64,000 nucleotides of DNA. Source: Rhodospirillales bacterium. GTDB taxonomy: Bacteria > Pseudomonadota > Alphaproteobacteria > Rhodospirillales > UBA2165. Made by a program: the position numbers and the translations under genes. The stretch lies in the NCBI GenBank assembly GCA_046582495.1, contig JAYGEG010000152.1:5949-69948 (forward strand). Reading direction: 5' to 3'. Within the stretch, counting starts at the first letter, position 1; each line of letters starts with the position of its first letter. The notes beneath the pieces are model-generated. The model was not told the origin of the DNA. It did not search any database and saw only the letters and a program-made list of their open reading frames with translations. Positions 56,833-64,000 of this stretch are shown in pieces.

Positions 56833-59800
56833 ACCAATTCCCTTTCAACATTGTGGCGCAATTTCGCCAGCAAATCTCCAACCGAGTTCGACCGCGGATG
56901 CCAGAAGTCACGCTCAATGGCTTCCTCAAACTTCTCGGCAATTTCCTGCAAAGCCGGCGCGTTGTTTTCAGCGATAAAGTCGCGCACGTTTTCATCTTCG
57001 AGATAGGCTTCGAACAATTGATCAAAGTGATGGTCTTCAACAACTTTGGCCGTCGCGGCAAAAGCAAACAGATAATCGACCGTCGCGGCGATCTCAAACG
57101 CGCCCTTGTAGCCGTGGCGCATCACGCCTTCGATCCATTTAGGATTGGCCGCCCGAGCGCGCACAACGCGGCCGATTTCTTCCTGAAGGGTGCGAATTTT
57201 GGGCGTGTCGGGACGACTGTGATCATTGTGATATATGGTGGGCTGCGCGCCTGAGAGTTCACGCACCGCCGCCGTCATACCACCTTCAAACTGGTAGTAG
57301 TCATCGCTGTCCAAAATATCGTGCTCACGGTTATCTTGGTTGTGGACGACGATTTCAACGCCTTTAAGGCGGGCTTCGAAGAGGTTGTTTTCAGCCTCGC
57401 CTTCGGCACCATCACCGTAGGCGTAACCTCCCCAAGCAACATAGGCGCGGGACAAATCTTCATCCGTCTCCCAACACTTTTCATCTATCAGCGTTTGCAA
57501 CCCTGCCCCATACGCGCCCGGCTTGGAGCCGAAAACGCGAAACCCGGCGCGGCGGGTGGCGTCTTCTTCGCTTGAGCCCGAGGCGACAAAAGCGGCCCTA
57601 TCCTTTTGAGCCTGCGCCGCCAACGGATTGTCGTATTCGGATTCGTCTTGAGATGCAACGGCGCGGACAGCACTGTCGAGCAAATCAACTTGGCTCGGAA
57701 AAGCATCCCGGAAAAAACCGGAAATTCGAAACACGACGTCGACGCGCGGACGCCCCAGCACCGTCAATGGCATCACTTCGAAGCCGGTGACCCGATTGGC
57801 TTGTTTATCCCATTGAGGCTGCACCCCCATCAGCGCCAGAGCTTGGGCGATATCATCGCCACCGGTGCGCATATTGGCCGTTCCCCAGGCACTCATCGCG
57901 AGGCGTTTGGGATATTCGCCGTGCTCCTGAAAATGTTGCTCAATCAGCAACGTTGCTGATTTCCAGCCAAGCTTCCAAGCTGCGGGGGTGGGTACTGCAC
58001 GCACATCGACCGAGTAAAAATTTCGCCCGGTCGGCAGAACATCCAAGCGTCCTCGGGTCGGCGCACCACTACTGCCGGGCGGCACAAAAGAACCGTTGAG
58101 CCCCCGCATTAAGCCAACGAGCTCTTGCTCACCACAATCAGCGATGGTTGGCCTCAAGTGATTTTGAATGAAACCGAGAACATGGGTAGAGTTGACCCAT
58201 TCGGATTTTGGCTGAAAAGAGCCATTCACCAAGTCGATTGCCAATAATTCCAAGCGCTCAACCGTATCGCCGTTGCTGCGCCAGTCGCCGTCAAAATTGG
58301 CGAGCTCGCTAGGTCTCTCACCTTTCCACGCCGCACCCATCTCACAATCGAGCGGATCAAAACCATCCAAGCCGAGATCAGCAGCAAGCGCTCGAATGAG
58401 CGATGCATTCTCAGCTTTTCCATCTTCACGCTGCAAGCGGGTGAGCGCGACAAGTAGATCGGTTTCCTGACTGCCAGCCGGCGATTGCCCAAAAATGTGA
58501 AGGCCATCCCTGATCTGCATTTCTTTAAGCTCGCAGAGATAATTGTCGATCTTGGAGAGCGCTGCGTTTTCATCGTCCGATTTTACAATGCCGACATCCT
58601 TATCGAGGCCAATCCGCTGGCTAAGTTCGAGAATTTCCTCGCTCAATATCTTGAGACGTCTCGGGTCCATGCCGGCTGCCTGATAATATTCATCGACCAA
58701 TTGTTCGAGATCACGGAGCGGCCCGTAGCTTTCAGCGCGCGTCAGCGGCGGCGTCAAATGATCAACGATGATGGCTTGAGAGCGTCGTTTGGCCTGGGTG
58801 CCTTCGCCTGGATCATTGACGATGAACGGATAAAGATGCGGCAACGCGCCGAGCGCAATCTCGGGGTAACAGTTTTCATCCAGCATTAAGGCTTTACCCG
58901 GCAGCCATTCGAGATTGCCGTGTTTGCCAAAATGAATAATCGCGTGGATATCCATCTCGCACCTGAGCCAGGCATAAAACGCGAGATAACCATGCGGTGG
59001 CACGAGATCAGGATCATGGTACGACGACGTTGGATCAATGTTGTAGCCTCGCGCCGGCTGCACGGCCAAGACCACATTGCCATAGATATGGGCAGGGAGA
59101 ACAAAATGCTCACCTGTCACAAAGGGATCATCCTGGGGCGCGCCCCAGCGCTCGGTGATTTCGTCTTGCACGGCCTTGGGTAGCGCGTTGAAAAAACCCA
59201 GATAATCTTCAATCAAATACGCCTCGCCGCCAATTCTTTCTCCCGCAGCATTGGTCGGGCCCGCCAACAAGTGATCCATTACCTCTTTGCTGGAGGCCGG
59301 AAAATTTTCGCCAAGCGCGTAGCCATCATCACTCATGCGTTTAAATGCAGCCGCCACGCCTGCCGGGGTATCGAGCCCGACCCCATTGCCGAGCCGCCCG
59401 TCTTTGTTGGGATAATTTGCCACAACGACAGCCACCCGGCGGTCACTTGATTGAGTTCGGCGAAGGCGCGTCCAAGAAGCGGCAAGGTCCGTAACAAAAT
59501 CAACCCGCGTTGCAACTGGCTCATGTTTAATCACGGCGACCTCAGTCGCATCATCAAACTGAACGCTCTTTTTAAAAGATATAGCCCGGCTGATCAGCCG
59601 GCCATCGACCTCAGGCAAAGCGACATTCATCGCGAGGTCTTTTGGCGCGAGACCGCGGCTGCCGTCGTCCCAATCCTCAAATGTGCCGCCAGACAACACA
59701 ACTTGCAGCACCGGGCAGTCGGCCACGCTAAAGGGTGTATCAATGCTGTCTTTGCCGGGCGATGACACCGCAAAGCCGGTGCAGTTTAAAATAATGTCCG

Positions 59801-60569
59801 GTGAGGTCTCGGCGATCAGTGTTTTAACAATTTCGGCTGATGTCGGGTCTTTGAGGCTACCGACAAAAATCGGCAATGGGTTGAGGCCTTTCGCTTGCAG
59901 GCTCTCGATCAGCGCATCTATGGGCGCAAGATCAGAGGTTTGCACCAATGCCCGATAAAAAACGATCGCGTTGACCGGTTGGCCTTCCTGCCAGTGTTTT
60001 TGAACTTCTTTCAAATCTGGCAACGCACTATGGGGCCAATACAATCCGGCCCGCATTAAAGGAGCTGGCTCAACCCACTCTTTTTCAGTGCCGATTAGCG
60101 AACTGGCATAATTTAAAAAATTCTCAATATTGTCCGAGCCGCTTTGTGCGCAATATTGCCAAAGGCGATGGCAAGCCTCGGGATTAAGCGTTGATTGTTC
60201 GTTGAGTTCGGGATCAGGCGTATCGTCTCCCGGTACGACAGCGAGATGGATGTTATTCTCCAAACAAGCTAATCGGATTTGCTCGATGCCATAAGGCCAA
60301 TAGCCGATGCCGCCGAGCAGGCGCACAATCACCAACCTGGCATGGGCAATTGTGTTCTCCACATAAACATCGACGGACATGTTGTGGCCGAGCTGCATGA
60401 GATTGGCGAGGCGCAATGATGGATAGTCGCCATTTCGATGTTGTTCGGCGAGGATCGCGAGGTCGCTCGCGGCAGCTGATAAAAAGACAATGTCACCCGG
60501 CGACTGACCCAGATCGACAGCCTCGCTGCCGTCATTAATCTCTCCGGGTTGAGTGACAAGAAGATGCAT
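56829..60569 (-). CDS. cobN: cobaltochelatase large subunit CobN
   Basis: 1246 aa. CobN/Mg-chelatase-H family along its whole length. 4-nt overlap with cobO. Confidence 0.95.
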   Translation of the reverse strand: MHLLVTQPGEINDGSEAVDLGQSPGDIVFLSAAASDLAILAEQHRNGDYPSLRLANLMQLGHNMSVDVYVENTIAHARLVIVRLLGGIGYWPYGIEQIRLACLENNIHLAVVPGDDTPDPELNEQSTLNPEACHRLWQYCAQSGSDNIENFLNYASSLIGTEKEWVEPAPLMRAGLYWPHSALPDLKEVQKHWQEGQPVNAIVFYRALVQTSDLAPIDALIESLQAKGLNPLPIFVGSLKDPTSAEIVKTLIAETSPDIILNCTGFAVSSPGKDSIDTPFSVADCPVLQVVLSGGTFEDWDDGSRGLAPKDLAMNVALPEVDGRLISRAISFKKSVQFDDATEVAVIKHEPVATRVDFVTDLAASWTRLRRTQSSDRRVAVVVANYPNKDGRLGNGVGLDTPAGVAAAFKRMSDDGYALGENFPASSKEVMDHLLAGPTNAAGERIGGEAYLIEDYLGFFNALPKAVQDEITERWGAPQDDPFVTGEHFVLPAHIYGNVVLAVQPARGYNIDPTSSYHDPDLVPPHGYLAFYAWLRCEMDIHAIIHFGKHGNLEWLPGKALMLDENCYPEIALGALPHLYPFIVNDPGEGTQAKRRSQAIIVDHLTPPLTRAESYGPLRDLEQLVDEYYQAAGMDPRRLKILSEEILELSQRIGLDKDVGIVKSDDENAALSKIDNYLCELKEMQIRDGLHIFGQSPAGSQETDLLVALTRLQREDGKAENASLIRALAADLGLDGFDPLDCEMGAAWKGERPSELANFDGDWRSNGDTVERLELLAIDLVNGSFQPKSEWVNSTHVLGFIQNHLRPTIADCGEQELVGLMRGLNGSFVPPGSSGAPTRGRLDVLPTGRNFYSVDVRAVPTPAAWKLGWKSATLLIEQHFQEHGEYPKRLAMSAWGTANMRTGGDDIAQALALMGVQPQWDKQANRVTGFEVMPLTVLGRPRVDVVFRISGFFRDAFPSQVDLLDSAVRAVASQDESEYDNPLAAQAQKDRAAFVASGSSEEDATRRAGFRVFGSKPGAYGAGLQTLIDEKCWETDEDLSRAYVAWGGYAYGDGAEGEAENNLFEARLKGVEIVVHNQDNREHDILDSDDYYQFEGGMTAAVRELSGAQPTIYHNDHSRPDTPKIRTLQEEIGRVVRARAANPKWIEGVMRHGYKGAFEIAATVDYLFAFAATAKVVEDHHFDQLFEAYLEDENVRDFIAENNAPALQEIAEKFEEAIERDFWHPRSNSVGDLLAKLRHNVERELV

Positions 60570-60577
60570 GATGCCCC

Positions 60578-61612
60578 TTAAGCTTCAAAAACGGCTTCAA
60601 CGGCGGCGCGGTCAAATCCCTGCAAGCCGATCACCACCAATTGGCTGGCCCGTGTTTCGCCGTCGCGCCAAGGCCGGTCAAAATAATGCTCGACCCGTGT
60701 GCCGACGCCCTGGACGATCAACCGTGCTGGTTTTCCATCGATTGCGATAACCCCCTTGATTCTCAGCACACCTTCGACGCCAAGCGCCTGTTTTGCTTTC
60801 TCCGCAAAACCAGCGGGCTCTGACTGCGCGCCGACATCCAGCGTGAACGTGTCGAAATCATCGTGCTCGTGTTCTTCTTCATCGTCATGGCAGGAAGGCC
60901 GCGCATCGACATCATCTTCGACGGCGGCATTGAGACCCAGAATAATACCGGGATCGAGCCTGCCGTGCACCGCCGGAATCGCTTCGACAGAAGTTCTGGC
61001 TGCCTTATTGACAAGGTTCAGAACACTATCCAATTCGGCTTGATCAAGCATATCGGATTTGCTCACAATCACCATATCGGCGCAGGCCAACTGATCGCCA
61101 AAGACCTCTTCTAAGGGATTTTCATGGTCCAAAGTCGGATCGGCTTCCCGCTGCTTTTTGATCAATTCCGGGTCATCCGCAAACAAGCCCGATTTTACAG
61201 CCGGCCCATCCACCACGGTGATCACGCCATCGACCGTTGTCCTGCTCCGAACCTCCGGCCATTGGAAAGCTTTGATCAGCGGTTTCGGCAATGCCAGCCC
61301 GGATGTCTCAATGATGATATGATCCGGGCGCTCGTCACGATCCAGCAAAGTCTCCAGCGTCGGAATAAAATCATCCGCCACCGTGCAGCAGATGCAGCCA
61401 TTGGTAAGCTCCAAAACGTCATCCTCGCTACACGTCTCGTCACCGCAGCCTTTGAGGATATCTCCATCAATGCCAAGGTCGCCGAACTCATTGATAATCA
61501 GCGCCAATTTTCGGCCATTTGCATTTTCGAGCATGTGGCGAATGAGGCTGGTTTTACCGGCCCCTAAAAAACCGGTGATCACGGTGACAGGTACTTTTGA
61601 TGGGAGAGACAT
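60578..61612 (-). CDS. cobW: cobalamin biosynthesis GTPase/metallochaperone CobW
   Basis: 344 aa. GFLGAGKTS P-loop, GCICC motif and an acidic/His insert (CHDDEEEHEHDDFD). Lies immediately upstream of cobN. Confidence 0.9.
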   Translation of the reverse strand: MSLPSKVPVTVITGFLGAGKTSLIRHMLENANGRKLALIINEFGDLGIDGDILKGCGDETCSEDDVLELTNGCICCTVADDFIPTLETLLDRDERPDHIIIETSGLALPKPLIKAFQWPEVRSRTTVDGVITVVDGPAVKSGLFADDPELIKKQREADPTLDHENPLEEVFGDQLACADMVIVSKSDMLDQAELDSVLNLVNKAARTSVEAIPAVHGRLDPGIILGLNAAVEDDVDARPSCHDDEEEHEHDDFDTFTLDVGAQSEPAGFAEKAKQALGVEGVLRIKGVIAIDGKPARLIVQGVGTRVEHYFDRPWRDGETRASQLVVIGLQGFDRAAVEAVFEA

Positions 61613-61634
61613 TTAAATTCCTTATTTCAATTAC

Positions 61635-62165
61635 TTATTTTATCTTTTGGGGTAGGCCGGCTGTCATCAAGATAACGCTTTTTGAAACCGCCGCTATTTT
61701 TTGGTTCATGATACCCGCACAATCGACAAACCGCCTGGCCAAGGCGTTATCGGGGATGATCCCTTGGCCGACTTCGTTTGAGACGAAGACGACAGGAAAA
61801 TCCAGATCGTCAACCAAGGCGCATAATGCATCGATCTCGGCATCAATGTTTTTCTCGAGTTCCATGAGGTTGGAAAGCCAAAGCGTCAAACAATCAACCA
61901 AGGCCGGTTTACCGCGTCCAATGAGTTGTCGAAGGGCATGCTCCAACAGAATGGGCTCTTCAAGTGTCTGCCATTGATCGCCTCGGCGCGCCTTGTGTGT
62001 TTCAATGCGCGCCTTCATTTCATCATCAAGTGCTTCTGAGGTCGCAACGTAAAAACCGCCGCCAGCTGCTTCGATCACAGCTTCCGCATAGGCGCTTTTG
62101 CCCGACCGCGCACCGCCGAGCACCAAAGAATAACCAGTTTGTTGAAGATCGATCAGGCCAGCCAT
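61635..62165 (-). CDS. cobU: adenosylcobinamide kinase / adenosylcobinamide-phosphate guanylyltransferase
   Basis: 176 aa (LVLGGARSGKSAYAE, VFVSNEVGQGI). Confidence 0.9.
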   Translation of the reverse strand: MAGLIDLQQTGYSLVLGGARSGKSAYAEAVIEAAGGGFYVATSEALDDEMKARIETHKARRGDQWQTLEEPILLEHALRQLIGRGKPALVDCLTLWLSNLMELEKNIDAEIDALCALVDDLDFPVVFVSNEVGQGIIPDNALARRFVDCAGIMNQKIAAVSKSVILMTAGLPQKIK

Positions 62166-62194
62166 ATTAAACGCATTCCCCCTCCCCGAGGATG

Positions 62195-62395
62195 GTGTTC
62201 AGTTCATTTTGCCTTGGGAGAGGTCTCCTGGCTGGGGCATATGATTAAGTTCAACCTTCCCGATTTTCACCAGTGGTAGCCCTCTCGAGCTTAAACTTAA
62301 TCCGTCCGTCACAGTTGCGGGGGCAGCACCGGATTTGCACCGGCTTCCCTGTTCCTTAAGGCAAGCAGGACGCTATCATTTCACCCCAATGAAAG
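62195..62395 (-). promoter_or_regulatory. cobalamin (AdoCbl) riboswitch
   Basis: The minus strand contains aacagggaagccggtgcaaatccggtgctgcccccgcaactgtga, then ccactggtgaaaatcgggaaggt, then the B12 box agccaggagacct. Lies directly upstream of cobU. Confidence 0.88.
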
Positions 62396-62417
62396 CAAAG
62401 ATTCATTCTCCAAAATT

Positions 62418-62999
62418 TCAGCGATTAATGCCGTGAACGCACCATACGCGGAGATCGTCGTCGGGAATGTTTTCGATTTCGGTCAAAGATAAATTATTGA
62501 GCTGAAAAGTCAGCGCTGATTTGGCAAATAGGTCCAACGCCATCGACAAGGCTGTGCGTATCGTGCCGGAATGGGTCACAGCGATGATGTCTTTTCCCTC
62601 ATATTCGAGAGAAAGCTCGGCGATGGCATCGGACACACGGTCCATCATATGAACAAAGCTCTCACCACCCGGCGGTGCCTGCGTGGCAAAATTTTGCCAA
62701 AATTCACGCGCTGTGTCATCTCGAAGATCGTCCCAGCTTTTGCCGTTCCACTCGCCAAAATCCTGCTCCATCAAGCCGGGAACTGCCCGGCAATCGGTGC
62801 CTCCCAATGCAGTTGCCGTTTGCACGGTTCTTGGTAATCCGCTGGTCAGCCACACCGCATCTTCAGGCAATGTCGCCCGCCGCGCATCAATCGCCGCCTG
62901 ATCGGAAAGATCAGCATCCACATCATCTTGTCCATGTATAATTCCTGGAATACCGGCGGAAGGCGCATGTCGTACCCACCACCATCTTGTTGACCTCAT
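62418..62999 (-). CDS. cobC: histidine-phosphatase-family protein, probable alpha-ribazole phosphatase
   Basis: 193 aa. RHA... catalytic start and a VTHSGTIR block. 4-nt overlap with cobS. The function is inferred from context. Confidence 0.65.
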   Translation of the reverse strand: MRSTRWWWVRHAPSAGIPGIIHGQDDVDADLSDQAAIDARRATLPEDAVWLTSGLPRTVQTATALGGTDCRAVPGLMEQDFGEWNGKSWDDLRDDTAREFWQNFATQAPPGGESFVHMMDRVSDAIAELSLEYEGKDIIAVTHSGTIRTALSMALDLFAKSALTFQLNNLSLTEIENIPDDDLRVWCVHGINR

Positions 63000-63928
63000 T
63001 CGAGGCCCACCATGACAAGCGCCAGAAGAATGGTTGCTTCGATGATTTGCTGCGTTGCACCCAGAACATCGCCGGTCTGCCCGCCCAATCGCGTCGCAAC
63101 AAAATAGACAAATAATCCGGCAACCAATACAGACAATCCAATCGCCACTATGGTCGGCCGAAAGCCTAATAATAACAATAGAAAGGCAATGCCGATCAAA
63201 AAAGCCATCATGGCCCGATCGAAACTAGGTTTACCGGCATCAGCGCTTAATCCGTCTTCCCGGGCAACCGGGATAAAATGCATCACTGCTGGCAACGCGG
63301 CTCTAGAGGCTGCGGCAGTTGCGACCAATGCCAGCATGACAACATCGATCCCCATTTCCGTGATTTCGGTGAGGGCCGCCCAGCGCAGGCCAAAGCTGAA
63401 CAACAAAGCCATAACGCCGTAGCTGCCAATCTGACTATCTCGCATGATCGATAATTTTTGCTCGCGTGTTGTGCCGCCGCCCAATCCATCAAATGTATCG
63501 GCGAGCCCGTCTTCATGAAGTGCGCCAGTGACCAAGGTCATGGTCAGCAGTGCCAACAAAGCTAAAATGGCAGAGGAAAAATCGAACCAACTGAATAAAA
63601 GTAGAACCACACCAGCAATCAAGCCGACCAGCGCGCCGACAATCGGGAAAAAGCGAGACGCTTCTGAAATCGAGAAATCTTCGGGTGCGACACCAATAAA
63701 GACCGGCAGGCGCGTCAACACACCGACACAAATCTTAAGATCGGAAAACCAGCTCTGCTTTTTAACCCGATTTAAAAAATCGGATTCTTCGGCAAGGTCA
63801 TCATCCGGGTCGACAGAAGATTCTTCCAATTGCTCTTGGTCATCTACCGTCTGATCCTCTTTGTCGTCTTCCTTATCGGCCAAAACCAGCCCCTCGATGT
63901 TTTTTGCTTTCGCGGTAGCGTACATCAC
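62996..63928 (-). CDS. cobS: adenosylcobinamide-GDP ribazoletransferase (cobalamin synthase) with acidic N-terminal extension
   Basis: The polytopic CobS core begins near VGVLTRLPV and includes HEDGLADTFDG. The preceding ~55 aa are an acidic low-complexity stretch. The start is GTG 63928 or ATG 63925. Confidence 0.85.
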   Translation of the reverse strand: MMYATAKAKNIEGLVLADKEDDKEDQTVDDQEQLEESSVDPDDDLAEESDFLNRVKKQSWFSDLKICVGVLTRLPVFIGVAPEDFSISEASRFFPIVGALVGLIAGVVLLLFSWFDFSSAILALLALLTMTLVTGALHEDGLADTFDGLGGGTTREQKLSIMRDSQIGSYGVMALLFSFGLRWAALTEITEMGIDVVMLALVATAAASRAALPAVMHFIPVAREDGLSADAGKPSFDRAMMAFLIGIAFLLLLLGFRPTIVAIGLSVLVAGLFVYFVATRLGGQTGDVLGATQQIIEATILLALVMVGLE

Positions 63929-64000
63929 TATATGACAATCTCATCATACTTAAAATATTCTTGGAAGGCGATATGGAACAAAAGCCAATTACCTCACTGG

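Overview
This is a 64-kb, densely coding chromosomal window of about 60 genes. Gene content, gene order and repeat types look like a free-living, probably marine, alphaproteobacterium. GC looks near 50% by eye, with an AT-richer patch at about 28.7-32.6 kb. All family assignments were made by eye from motifs and architecture; no searches were run, and RNA and regulatory coordinates are approximate.

Left to right:
(i) Tryptophan-to-anthranilate genes kynU (partial) and kynA.
(ii) An IclR-headed operon. It encodes a quinone oxidoreductase, a pyrogallol-transhydroxylase-like molybdoenzyme and a lone CoA-transferase A subunit. The molybdoenzyme large subunit carries an extra N-terminal membrane helix plus an SCP2-like region; the small subunit is an Fe-S protein.
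(iii) A small secreted-protein gene split by one in-frame TAG.
(iv) The rod-shape cluster mreB-mreC-mreD-mrdA-rodA, then leuA.
(v) An aryl-CoA module. A fused FAD-monooxygenase/Old-Yellow-Enzyme (salicylyl-CoA 5-hydroxylase or 2-aminobenzoyl-CoA monooxygenase-reductase architecture) lies divergent from marR, a PaaK-like CoA ligase and a QueG/reductive-dehalogenase-like Fe-S protein.
(vi) arfB, ilvBN-ilvC, miaA, a gentisate-dioxygenase-like bicupin and an LLM oxidoreductase.
(vii) A membrane PAS histidine kinase interrupted by two in-frame TGA codons and lacking the H-box histidine.
(viii) A flippase, DUF1015, degP, DUF2065-hflC-hflK, mrp, and a COG0523 GTPase paired with a GT47-like protein.
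(ix) From 41.3 kb to the window end, a roughly 23-kb cobalamin biosynthesis supercluster: cobD, cobB, cobA, cbiD, cobK, cobM, a cbiG-cobJ fusion, cobI, cobL, cobH, cbiX, cbiB, cobQ, cobO, cobN, cobW, cobU, cobC and cobS. It has one clear cobalamin riboswitch.

Intergenic DNA carries three unrelated short-repeat families. I saw no rRNA or tRNA genes, CRISPR arrays, intact transposases or prophage genes.

The most interesting candidates are the aryl-CoA module with its QueG/RdhA-like partner, the SCP2-fused molybdoenzyme operon, and the mixed early/late cobalt-insertion content of the cob cluster.
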